NCBI GenBank assembly: GCA_902629855.1 | Contig: CACOSI010000001.1 | Span: 27,154-91,153 of the forward strand | DNA from: an uncultured Fidelibacterota bacterium | GTDB taxonomy: Bacteria; Fidelibacterota; Marinisomatia; Marinisomatales; Marinisomataceae | Length of the DNA stretch: 64,000 bases | Direction of reading: 5' to 3' | Shown: piece after piece, positions 19,352 to 28,141 of the stretch | Layout of the letters: the number at the start of each line of letters is the position of its first letter | Position numbering within the stretch: the stretch's first letter is position 1 | Translations under genes and position numbers: made by a program | The notes under the pieces: model-generated | The model's input: the letters and a program-made list of their open reading frames with translations, nothing else | Database searches by the model: none | What the model was told of the DNA's origin: nothing

Positions 19352-19705
19352 TTAACCCTCCTCCTCATTTGGAATTTCTGCCGAAGTTTCTTCTTTCGAG
19401 GTATTTACAGCAGGTTTTTCGTCAAGTTTTATGATCATATATTTCATAACCTCTTTATTTAGATTAAGAAAAACCTTAAAGTCATTCACAAAATTTGTAT
19501 CATTAAACTCTGCATTTAGTAAAACATAATTACCATACTTATGTTTGTTAACATTATAGGCTAACTGCTTTTTTCCCCAAAAATCGTGATTTACGATACC
19601 ATGTTTTTTCTTTTCAATAAAACCTGAAATTTCTCCCATAGCTCCTGAAATTTGTTCCTTGCTATAATTGGGATCCAAAATATATAATATTTCGTAATAA
19701 TTCAT
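19352..19705 (-). CDS. rpsF: 30S ribosomal protein S6
   Basis: Start is placed at ATG 19705 ([10 protein letters not shown], cf. E. coli MRHYEIVFMV) with GGAGA 5 nt upstream. The ORF-track TTG at 19717 abuts the hppA stop. Confidence 0.9.
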   Translation of the reverse strand: MNYYEILYILDPNYSKEQISGAMGEISGFIEKKKHGIVNHDFWGKKQLAYNVNKHKYGNYVLLNAEFNDTNFVNDFKVFLNLNKEVMKYMIIKLDEKPAVNTSKEETSAEIPNEEEG

Positions 19706-19717
19706 ATAGTTCTCCAA

Positions 19718-21757
19718 TTAAATAAGTGGCGCTATAACAAGCGATACCACTGATATTAGTTTAATTAATATATTTAATGATGGACCAGCAGTGTCTTTGA
19801 AAGGATCACCAACAGTATCTCCAACCACAGCTGCCTTATGAGCTTTACTTCCCTTTCCACCGTGGTTACCAGACTCAATATACTTTTTAGCATTATCCCA
19901 TGATCCACCCGCATTTGACATAAAAATAGCTAAAAGTACTCCTGTAACAGTCACACCTGCCAATATTCCGCCTAGCATTTCTTTTTGACCAAGGACCAAT
20001 CCGAAAAGGATTGGTGTAAATACGGCTAAAGCTCCAGGCAATACCATTTTATTAATAGCAGCAGTTGTAGCTATATCAACACACTTTGCATAGTCAGCTT
20101 TTGCTTTTCCATCTAGCAGCCCCTTGATTTCTCTGAACTGTCTTCTTACTTCCTCAATCATTTCAAAAGCAGCATCTCCAACAGCTTGCATAGCTAACGC
20201 TGAAAAAACAAATGGTAGTGAAGATCCTATTAATAATCCGGCCATGACAGTTGGATTACTAATATCTAGTGTTAGACCTCCCACAGTTTCTCTAAAAGCA
20301 GCAAATAAAGCTAGTGAAGTTAGAGCAGCTGAGCCAATTGCAAAGCCTTTACCAATTGCTGCAGTAGTATTCCCAACTGCATCAAGTTTATCAGTTCTTT
20401 CTCGAACTTCTTTAGGAAGTTCGGCCATCTCTGCTATACCGCCAGCATTATCAGCAATTGGACCATATGCATCAACAGCTAATTGTATTCCAATAGTTGA
20501 TAGCATGCCCAGCGCTGCAAGAGCTATACCATACAAGTGTGCAAAATGATATGAACCTAAAATTGATAAAGCAATAACCAAAACAGGTAAAGCCGTAGAA
20601 AACATACCATTTGCTAATCCAGAAATAATATTTGTTGCTGAACCTGTCTCACTTGAAGCGGCTACATCTTGTGAAGGTTTTTGGTGGTCAGAAGTGTAAT
20701 ACTCTGTTAACACTCCAATAAGAATACCAGAAACCAACCCAACAACAGTAGCTAAAAATAAATCAAAAGATAATACGTTTTCATAACCCTGTGCTAGATT
20801 TACAGATTCAGGAATAACTTCTTGAATCAAAAAATAACTAACGACAGTCATGACAGCACCCGAACCAAAAACACCTATATTCAATGCTGTTTGAGGATTT
20901 CCCCCTTCTTTTGTTTTAACAAAAAATGTACCAAAAATCGAAACAACAATTCCTGCTGCCGCTAAAAATAGCGGAAGAAATACTAATGTTTTCTCTCCAG
21001 CAGAAGCAGCTAGAACCATTGCTCCAATCATAGAACCAACATAAGATTCAAAAAGATCGGCGCCCATTCCTGCAACGTCTCCAACGTTATCCCCTACATT
21101 ATCAGCAATTGTTGCGGGGTTTCTTGGATCGTCTTCTGGAATTCCAGCTTCTACTTTACCAACTAAATCAGCTCCTACATCGGCTGCTTTTGTGTAAATC
21201 CCACCACCTACTCTTGCAAAAAGAGCAATGGACGAAGCACCCATAGCAAAACCTGATACTTTGGTCATTACGAGTGAGAAATTTGATCCATCATTTAATC
21301 CACCATAAAGATAGAACAATAATGAAAGTCCTAAAATACCAAGCCCAACAACATTCATTCCCATTACAGCTCCACCACTAAATGCAACATTTAGTGCATT
21401 GCTTAAGCTACTTCTTGCAGCTTCAGTGGTTCGATGGTTTGCTAGAGTTGCTACTCTCATTCCTAAAGCTCCTGCAAGACCGCTGCAAATAGCGCCAACA
21501 ACGAATGATAATGCTACTTCCGTAGTGTTGGCTTCCATATTTACGAAATACAATAAGGCTGCAACTGTTAATACAAATAAAGTTAGAATCTTATATTCTC
21601 GAACAAGAAAGGCTGTAGCACCTTCTCTGATTGCTAAACCAATTTCTTGCATTTTTTCGTTTCCAGGATTTTGATTGCCAATCCACTGACTTCTCATAAA
21701 TCCAAAAATAACTGCCAAAACCCCTGACAAGGGTATTAAATAAAATAGACTTTCCAC
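19718..21757 (-). CDS. hppA: Membrane-integral K+-dependent-type pyrophosphatase (H+/Na+-translocating)
   Basis: 679 aa, polytopic. Has the PPase motifs [29 protein letters not shown] and VGDPFKD. Ala in GNTTAA marks the K+-dependent subfamily. GTG start overlaps the pth stop (TAGTG). Confidence 0.95.
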   Translation of the reverse strand: MESLFYLIPLSGVLAVIFGFMRSQWIGNQNPGNEKMQEIGLAIREGATAFLVREYKILTLFVLTVAALLYFVNMEANTTEVALSFVVGAICSGLAGALGMRVATLANHRTTEAARSSLSNALNVAFSGGAVMGMNVVGLGILGLSLLFYLYGGLNDGSNFSLVMTKVSGFAMGASSIALFARVGGGIYTKAADVGADLVGKVEAGIPEDDPRNPATIADNVGDNVGDVAGMGADLFESYVGSMIGAMVLAASAGEKTLVFLPLFLAAAGIVVSIFGTFFVKTKEGGNPQTALNIGVFGSGAVMTVVSYFLIQEVIPESVNLAQGYENVLSFDLFLATVVGLVSGILIGVLTEYYTSDHQKPSQDVAASSETGSATNIISGLANGMFSTALPVLVIALSILGSYHFAHLYGIALAALGMLSTIGIQLAVDAYGPIADNAGGIAEMAELPKEVRERTDKLDAVGNTTAAIGKGFAIGSAALTSLALFAAFRETVGGLTLDISNPTVMAGLLIGSSLPFVFSALAMQAVGDAAFEMIEEVRRQFREIKGLLDGKAKADYAKCVDIATTAAINKMVLPGALAVFTPILFGLVLGQKEMLGGILAGVTVTGVLLAIFMSNAGGSWDNAKKYIESGNHGGKGSKAHKAAVVGDTVGDPFKDTAGPSLNILIKLISVVSLVIAPLI

Positions 21758-22326
21758 TACGCTACTCCTATACTTTGATTATTAAAATTATTCATTGTGA
21801 ATTCTTCGCCATTTTTCAATAATGATTTCATTGCATCAGTTGCAAAAACAACTACATCATTTGCTAACATCTGGTACTTCTTTTGAAATGGCTTTAAAAC
21901 ATAATGCTCTGACGGTCTTTTATAGTCAGGCGCTGCTATTCCTACCTTCAACCTCTTCACCGAATCAGATTTTAGGTATTGTATAATTGACTTCATTCCA
22001 TTATGACACCCATCACCGCCGTCGACTCTGAGCCTTATTTCGCCAAGAGGTAAATCTACATCATCAAAAACTATGACTAGATCCTCTTTACTTGCTTTAT
22101 AAAAACTAAGTACTTCATTAATAATGGCACCACTATTATTCATTCCTGTTGTTGGCTTAATTAACATAAAGCTTGATTCTTTTTTAGCTACGAAAAAATT
22201 CCCTTTTCCTGGCTTAAATTCAAGATTATGTTTTTCTGCAAAATGATCCATAATCCAAAAACCTATGTTATGTTTTGTATTATGATATTTTGCATCATTA
22301 TTACCTAGCCCAACAAAGATGGTCAT
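21757..22326 (-). CDS. pth: Peptidyl-tRNA hydrolase
   Basis: 189 aa. Has VGLGN....Y..T.HNIGF and MN.SG motifs. Confidence 0.9.
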   Translation of the reverse strand: MTIFVGLGNNDAKYHNTKHNIGFWIMDHFAEKHNLEFKPGKGNFFVAKKESSFMLIKPTTGMNNSGAIINEVLSFYKASKEDLVIVFDDVDLPLGEIRLRVDGGDGCHNGMKSIIQYLKSDSVKRLKVGIAAPDYKRPSEHYVLKPFQKKYQMLANDVVVFATDAMKSLLKNGEEFTMNNFNNQSIGVA

Positions 22327-23036
22327 TATGCATTTTCTCCTTCATTATCATCACCGGAATCAGATTCTTTCTGGTTGTCATCTGAATCCTGTGCTTTTTC
22401 TTCTGTATCTTCAGAAGAGGATGTGGTATCCTCAGTTGTTTCCTCTGCATCGTCAGCAACAGCAATGTCTTCAACTTCTTCTTTTTCTTCCTTTGGCTCT
22501 TGAATAGATACAACTGCAATATCATCAGCTGTAATCATTTCAACATCTTGGGGTAATGAAATATCTTTAACGAAGAGGTTGGTATTTACTTCCATATCTG
22601 TTACATCAATTTCAACAAACTCAGGTATTTCTGTTGGTTTACATTTTATTGTAACATTATTCAACATTTGTACTAAAATACCACCAAGCTTTACTCCTTG
22701 GGCTTCTCCAGCACTTCGTACTGCTACTTCCAATGAAATCTTTTCATCTTCTTTTACTTTCTGGAAATCAATATGTATGATTTCATCAGTAACTGGGTGA
22801 TACTGAATTTCTTTTACTAGTACGAATTGATCTTTTTTGTCTACGTTAATTTCAAAAATCATTTGCCCAGTTTTTAAAGCTTTATTCAAACTAATTTTAT
22901 CAACAGATAATGGTGTTGCTTCAAGGCCAGAATGGTAGACAACTGCAGGTACTTTACTTTCTAGCCTTGTTCTTCGGGCTGCTGAAGTACCTTGTTCTTT
23001 TCTAACGTTCACTTCTAATTTTTCAAATTTACTCAT
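22326..23036 (-). CDS. rplY: 50S ribosomal protein L25/general stress protein Ctc with acidic C-terminal tail
   Basis: 236 aa. L25/Ctc N-terminal and central domains (R...GTSAARR.R....VPAV.Y; YHPV.D.I.H.DF) are followed by an ~60-aa D/E/S/T-rich tail. Confidence 0.85.
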   Translation of the reverse strand: MSKFEKLEVNVRKEQGTSAARRTRLESKVPAVVYHSGLEATPLSVDKISLNKALKTGQMIFEINVDKKDQFVLVKEIQYHPVTDEIIHIDFQKVKEDEKISLEVAVRSAGEAQGVKLGGILVQMLNNVTIKCKPTEIPEFVEIDVTDMEVNTNLFVKDISLPQDVEMITADDIAVVSIQEPKEEKEEVEDIAVADDAEETTEDTTSSSEDTEEKAQDSDDNQKESDSGDDNEGENA

Positions 23037-23995
23037 GTTACCTTCCTAAATAGTTTGCTTACAGATTCACCTTTATGAATCCTATTAATAGTTTCTGCAA
23101 AGATTTTTGCAGATGAAATAATTCTAAGTTTATCAAAATGACTTTCTTCTGGTATCTCAATTGTATCAGAAATAAAAACTTGATCAATGACGTCATTAGA
23201 TAATTTCTCAATTGAATCACCAGAAAAAATTCCGTGTGTAGCAGCAACAACAACAGATAAAGCACCTTTTTCTTTCGCAACACATGCTGCATTAAAAATT
23301 GTTCCAGCAGTGTCAATCATGTCATCAACAATTAAAACATGCTTGTCTTTTAATTCCCCAACTACGGTAACGACTTCAGACTGATTATGTGCACTTCTTC
23401 TTTTATCAATTAAAGCAAAACTCATGCCTAATCTTTTTGCATAGGATTGACTAAGCTTGCTTGAACCCATGTCAGGGGAAAGTAGTGTACAATTACCAGA
23501 TTTCATCTTTTCTTTAAAATGAGACTCAAGCTCAGGCATCATAACTAAACTTCCATAGATATTATCAACTGGTATTTTTGGGAATCCTTGAATTTGTGTA
23601 GAATGTAAATCCATTGTGACAATTCTGTCAGCTCCTGCCTTTGTAAAAATATCCATCATTACCTTTGCAGATATTGGAACTCTAGGAATAACTTTTCTAT
23701 CCTGTCTTGAATAACCAAAATATGGAATTAAAACGTTAATTCTCTCAGCACTTGCTCTTTTTGCAGCATCAATCATTAGGGCTAGCTCAACTATATTTTC
23801 TGCTGGGGGATTAGTACTTTGTATAATGTAAATATCATTTCCTCTTAAGTTTTCCTCGTACTTAACCATAATTTCTCCGTCACTAAAACGACTGAGAATT
23901 ATATTACCTAGGGGTGCACCCATTTCATTAGCAATTGAAGCTGCTAAAGACGGATTAGATGTACCGCTAAATATTTTTTTTACATATTTACCCAT
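23033..23995 (-). CDS. prs: Ribose-phosphate pyrophosphokinase
   Basis: Start is placed at ATG 23995 (MGKYVKKIFSGTSNP...). Has the motifs RFSDGE, YFGY.RQDRK and DLH, and the PRPP loop LIVDDMIDTAGT. The ORF-track N-terminal extension runs through the tRNA gene and is spurious. Confidence 0.9.
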   Translation of the reverse strand: MGKYVKKIFSGTSNPSLAASIANEMGAPLGNIILSRFSDGEIMVKYEENLRGNDIYIIQSTNPPAENIVELALMIDAAKRASAERINVLIPYFGYSRQDRKVIPRVPISAKVMMDIFTKAGADRIVTMDLHSTQIQGFPKIPVDNIYGSLVMMPELESHFKEKMKSGNCTLLSPDMGSSKLSQSYAKRLGMSFALIDKRRSAHNQSEVVTVVGELKDKHVLIVDDMIDTAGTIFNAACVAKEKGALSVVVAATHGIFSGDSIEKLSNDVIDQVFISDTIEIPEESHFDKLRIISSAKIFAETINRIHKGESVSKLFRKVT

Positions 23996-24001
23996 ATTTT
24001 G

Positions 24002-24073
24002 TTGGGGAGCAGGGACTCGAACCCCGACTGCCTGGACCAAAACCAGGTGTCCTGCCAATTAGACGACTCCCCA
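24002..24073 (-). tRNA. tRNA-Gln (anticodon UUG)
   Basis: The minus-strand 72-mer TGGGGAGTCGTCTAATTGGCAGGACACCTGGTTTTGGTCCAGGCAGTCGGGGTTCGAGTCCCTGCTCCCCAA folds by hand into a cloverleaf. It has a 7-bp acceptor stem, a D stem GTCT/GGAC, an anticodon stem CCTGG/CCAGG with loop TTTTGGT (anticodon TTG), and a T arm CGGGG-TTCGAGT-CCCTG. CCA is not encoded. Confidence 0.9.
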
Positions 24074-24081
24074 AATTAATT

Positions 24082-24912
24082 TTATGGATTTATTATTGTC
24101 GATTGATAGGGGGCGATATTAGACTGTGCGTGTTGTGCTTCTTCAAATGAAGAAAATATTCCAAACACAGTCGAACCCGTACCCGACAAACTGGCATATA
24201 TTGCACCTAAATCCATCAAATTATATTTGATTTTGCCAATTTCTGGATGTGTTTTAAAAACATACATCTCAAAATCATTTTTAAATAACTTGGAGCTAAA
24301 ATTCTTATTTGTTAGCTCACTCAATAATTTCGAAAAGTTAATGTCCATATTTTCATTTAACAAATGGTTTTTTATTTGATTAAAAGCTTTCTTTGTTTGA
24401 ATCTTTTGATGAGGAAATACTAATAAAATATAGTCCTCACTTTCAAAATTTTTAATTTTTGTTAATACCTCCCCTCTTTTTTCTCCAATTTGAATTCCAC
24501 CCTCAACAAAGAAAGGTGAGTCAGAACTAATTTTCATAGCAAGATCTATCATTTCTTCATTTTTAATGGGTAGTTCAAAGATATTACTTAAGCCTTTTAA
24601 AACTGCCGTACCATTGCTGGATCCGCCTCCTAATCCTGATTTTACTGGTATTCTTTTTTCAATTTTTATTGACACATTTGGAATGGATGGGAATCTTTGC
24701 TTAACTAGTTCAAATGCTTTGGTGCAGAAATTATCTTTTTGATTGATTTCTGAAATATTTATATCACATGTAAACTTTTGCGATTCTTTTATTTCAATTA
24801 AATCGAAAAAATTGATTTCTTTAAAAATAGTTTTAATATTGTGATAACCATCCTGCCTTTTGTTCAAAACATGCAGCCCTATATTTATTTTTGCTTTTGA
24901 TTTTATTATCAT
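24082..24912 (-). CDS. ispE: 4-diphosphocytidyl-2-C-methyl-D-erythritol kinase
   Basis: 276 aa. GHMP kinase with KINIGLHV and IPV.SGLGGGSSN motifs. Adjacent to ispDF. Confidence 0.85.
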   Translation of the reverse strand: MIIKSKAKINIGLHVLNKRQDGYHNIKTIFKEINFFDLIEIKESQKFTCDINISEINQKDNFCTKAFELVKQRFPSIPNVSIKIEKRIPVKSGLGGGSSNGTAVLKGLSNIFELPIKNEEMIDLAMKISSDSPFFVEGGIQIGEKRGEVLTKIKNFESEDYILLVFPHQKIQTKKAFNQIKNHLLNENMDINFSKLLSELTNKNFSSKLFKNDFEMYVFKTHPEIGKIKYNLMDLGAIYASLSGTGSTVFGIFSSFEEAQHAQSNIAPYQSTIINP

Positions 24913-26036
24913 ACTTCAACTGTAACTATTACCTCTGCACCCCATCCATTTTCCATATCTAAAAACTTTAGGCCATTTGTTGTTGTTGCTTTAATAGAAA
25001 TTAAACTTTCAGATATGTTTAGAGCATTTGCAACAGATTCAGCTATTTTCTTTTTATGTTTTGTTATTTTTGGATCATTCAAAACAATAGAAGCATCAAT
25101 ATTAACGAATGTTAAATTTTTAGGGGCTATTTCAAGCACTTTTTTTAAGAGATCAATACTTGAAATGTTTAAAAATTCGTCGGTGTTAGGAAAATGTTCA
25201 CCTATATCTCCAAGATTCAATGCTCCACATAAAGCATCTATTATTGAATGAGTCAAAACATCACCATCGGAATGAGCTTTTGATTTATAATTACATGGAA
25301 TTTTATATCCTCCCAAAACAAGACCATTACCTTCGATTAAAGTGTGAAAGTCAATCCCTATTCCAACTTTTTGTGTTCTTTTAATTTTTGTTATTAATCT
25401 AATATCTTTTTTATCAGTTACTTTTATATTGAGATTCCTGTTTTCAAAAATATCAACTTTTTCAAATGTCTCTGCCATCGCTGCTTCATCAGTGTATTCC
25501 GTAAAATTATCACCAAGTTTATTGTAAATGCCTTCTAGCTTTTTATAATCAAAAATTTGTGGAGTTTCAGCTGTCCAAAGATTCAAGCGATCTACAGTAC
25601 GTTTTACTACATTATTTTCAACATTTTTTACGGTGTCATTAATTTTTTTTGCCACAATTAATATACTTCTATTCTTTGAAATAGCTATAAGCTCATCAAC
25701 CAACTCATTGTTAATAAGTGGCCTTGCTGCGTCGTGAATAAAAATCTTAGATTTTTTATTTTTAATCTTATTAAATGCCAATTTTACTGAAATTGCTCTT
25801 GTTTTTCCTCCTACAACAATAAATACATTTTTATATTTTTTTGATGAAACATACCTTTCTATTTCGTTTGATATCTTCTTATGTACAACCAGAAATATTG
25901 ATTCGAATTTTTTTGAATCGTGAAATACATCAAGTGAATGACTAAAAAGTGGTTTGCCGTTTAACATTTTATTTTGTTTAAACGAGCCAAATCGTTTCCC
26001 TTCGCCAGCCGCTACAATAATTGCTATTTTTTTCAT
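24909..26036 (-). CDS. ispDF: Bifunctional IspD/IspF (MEP cytidylyltransferase / MEcPP synthase)
   Basis: 375 aa. The N-terminal half has AAGEGKRFG (IspD). The C-terminal half has GIGIDFH...HSDGDVLTHSIIDAL.GA...GDIGEHFP..D (IspF). Confidence 0.9.
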   Translation of the reverse strand: MKKIAIIVAAGEGKRFGSFKQNKMLNGKPLFSHSLDVFHDSKKFESIFLVVHKKISNEIERYVSSKKYKNVFIVVGGKTRAISVKLAFNKIKNKKSKIFIHDAARPLINNELVDELIAISKNRSILIVAKKINDTVKNVENNVVKRTVDRLNLWTAETPQIFDYKKLEGIYNKLGDNFTEYTDEAAMAETFEKVDIFENRNLNIKVTDKKDIRLITKIKRTQKVGIGIDFHTLIEGNGLVLGGYKIPCNYKSKAHSDGDVLTHSIIDALCGALNLGDIGEHFPNTDEFLNISSIDLLKKVLEIAPKNLTFVNIDASIVLNDPKITKHKKKIAESVANALNISESLISIKATTTNGLKFLDMENGWGAEVIVTVEV

Positions 26037-26040
26037 GATT

Positions 26041-27093
26041 TTATAAAATCAGCATTGAGTCGCCATAGCTCAAGAATCTATATTTCCTATTTTTGGCTAC
26101 TTTGTAAGCATCTTTGATAAACTTGTAGCCTCCGAAAGCTGATGTGAGCATCAAAAGGGTGCTCTCTGGTTGGTGAAAATTAGTAATTAATCCATCTACT
26201 ATTTTAAATTCTTGAGGTGGGTGTATAAACTTATTTGTCCAGCCTTTTTTTGGTGAAATTTGAAAACCTGATACATTTACGGTTTCCAAAGCTCTTACAG
26301 TTGAGGTTCCTACGGCAAAAATTCTTCTTCTTTTTCTTTTAGCTTCGTTTATAGCAACAGCTGTTGCAGGAGAAACTTCAAAGTACTCAGAATCCATATG
26401 ATGTCTATTTAAGTCTTCAACTTGTACCGGCTTAAATGTTCCTAAGCCAATATGTAAGGTTATATAATATATATTGACACCTTTTCTTTTAAGTTTTGCC
26501 AATATTTCCTTTGTAAAATGCAGTCCGGCTATGGGTGCTGCTACAGCTCCTCTTTTTTCTGCATACACAGTTTGATATCTTTCTTTGTCTTTATCGGTAG
26601 CTGGTCTTTCAATGTATGGCGGAAGTGGGGGATGACCAAGTTTATCTAAAATATTATCAAAGTTTCCTTTCTCAAACTCAAACCTTACAACTCTTCCACC
26701 AGAAACAGTATTGTCAATTACATCGCAAAATAGTCCGTCTGATAAAATTAATTTGTTGCCAATTCTCACTTTCCTTGCTGGTTTAACCAAAACCTCCCAT
26801 AGTCGATCACCCAACTCTCTTAAAAGAAATATTTCAACTTTTGCATCTGTTCTGTCTTTTGTTGCAAATAACTTCGCGGGGAATACTTTAGTGTCATTTA
26901 ATATTAATAGATCATTTTTTTGAAAATAATCTGTTATATCAGAAAATTTTTTATGTTTAATTGATTTTTCTTCTCTATTTAAAACCATCATTTTTGATCC
27001 ATCTCTTTTTTGCTTTGGTTTTTGCGCTATAAATTTTTTAGGGAGCTGATATCTAAAATCGCTCAATTTATACTTCTTCTTTTTTTCAATCAT
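26041..27093 (-). CDS. queA: S-adenosylmethionine:tRNA ribosyltransferase-isomerase
   Basis: 350 aa. Has LSDFRYQLP...IAQ.P, GHPPLPPYI and AAPIAGLHFT motifs. Confidence 0.9.
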   Translation of the reverse strand: MIEKKKKYKLSDFRYQLPKKFIAQKPKQKRDGSKMMVLNREEKSIKHKKFSDITDYFQKNDLLILNDTKVFPAKLFATKDRTDAKVEIFLLRELGDRLWEVLVKPARKVRIGNKLILSDGLFCDVIDNTVSGGRVVRFEFEKGNFDNILDKLGHPPLPPYIERPATDKDKERYQTVYAEKRGAVAAPIAGLHFTKEILAKLKRKGVNIYYITLHIGLGTFKPVQVEDLNRHHMDSEYFEVSPATAVAINEAKRKRRRIFAVGTSTVRALETVNVSGFQISPKKGWTNKFIHPPQEFKIVDGLITNFHQPESTLLMLTSAFGGYKFIKDAYKVAKNRKYRFLSYGDSMLIL

Positions 27094-27101
27094 TATTTCT
27101 C

Positions 27102-28100
27102 CTAATTATTTTTTTTCATTTCAAAGAGTTGGTAAGCTTTATCTGTTGCAATTCTACCTCTAGATGTTCTTTCAATAAACCCTTCTTTAATGAGGTAAGG
27201 TTCGTAAACATCTTCAATTGTTTGGATATCTTCATTGATAGAAATTGCTAGTGATTTACCCCCTGTAGGACCTCCGTTAAAATTAACAATCAAATTTTTG
27301 AGAATTTTTCTGTCCATAATCTCTAAACCATTTTTATCAATACCAATACTATCAAGCGATGTTCTTGCGTCTCCAACTTTTATATTTTCTAATTTTTTAA
27401 CTTGCGCATAATCTCTTACCCTTTTAAGAACTCTATTGGCTATTCTTGGAGTGCCTCTAGATCTGCCAGCTATTTCCATCAATGCTTCATTGTCAATCTT
27501 TACTTCTAAAATATTTGCAGTTCTTTTGAGAATTTCGAAAAGGTCATCAACATTATAAAAATCAAGCCTAAAGATTGCTCCAAATCTATCTCTCATAGGT
27601 GTTGACAAGTTTCCCAACCTTGTGGTTGCTCCAACTAGCGTGAATGGCTCAAGATCTATTCTTACGGTTCTTGCATTTGGCCCTGAGTCAATCATTATAT
27701 CAATTTTATAGTCTTCCATTGCTGAGTATAAATATTCTTCAACGGTGGTGTTTATTCTATGGATCTCATCAATAAAAAAAACATCTTTACTTTGAAGATT
27801 TGTCAACATTCCAGATAAATCACCAGGAATTGATATTACAGGACCAGATGTTGATAGAAGCCCTTTTTCAAGCTCTGATGAAATAATATTAGATAATGTG
27901 GTTTTGCCAAGACCTGGTGGACCATATAATAAAATATGATCTAAAGCTTCTTCTCTTTGTTTTGCAGCAGTAATATAAGTTTTAAGGGACTCAACAATTT
28001 CTTTTTGGCCAACAAACTCTTCAAAATACTTTGGTCTTATTTGTTTATCAAAGTTTCTCTCCTCTGTAGAAGAAATTACAATTTTCTGTTCATCGCTCAC
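27102..28100 (-). CDS. ruvB: Holliday junction branch migration helicase RuvB
   Basis: 332 aa. Has Walker A GPPGLGKTT, DEIHR, and RGTPRIANR.L.RVRD. Confidence 0.95.
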   Translation of the reverse strand: MSDEQKIVISSTEERNFDKQIRPKYFEEFVGQKEIVESLKTYITAAKQREEALDHILLYGPPGLGKTTLSNIISSELEKGLLSTSGPVISIPGDLSGMLTNLQSKDVFFIDEIHRINTTVEEYLYSAMEDYKIDIMIDSGPNARTVRIDLEPFTLVGATTRLGNLSTPMRDRFGAIFRLDFYNVDDLFEILKRTANILEVKIDNEALMEIAGRSRGTPRIANRVLKRVRDYAQVKKLENIKVGDARTSLDSIGIDKNGLEIMDRKILKNLIVNFNGGPTGGKSLAISINEDIQTIEDVYEPYLIKEGFIERTSRGRIATDKAYQLFEMKKNN

Positions 28101-28141
28101 AACATACTAAGATAAAGACGGAAAGCCCGTTATCCAAAAAA

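Noticed and set aside
20124-20549. 141-aa plus-strand ORF antisense to hppA (also 21399-21674)
   Set aside because: It is an antisense shadow in a locally GC-richer, Gly/Ala-rich gene. The A/S/P-rich translation is typical of such artefacts.
23996-24058. 21-codon N-terminal extension of the prs ORF (MAGHLVLVQAVGVRVPAPQQN...)
   Set aside because: It is simply the tRNA-Gln gene read as protein on the same strand. Prs homology begins at MGKYVKKIFSG (ATG 23995).
28101-28141. Small hairpin (GACGG-AAAGC-CCGTT) between uvrA and ruvB as a terminator
   Set aside because: The stem is only 4-5 bp including a wobble pair, and there is no proper U-tract on the minus-strand transcript. Not convincing.
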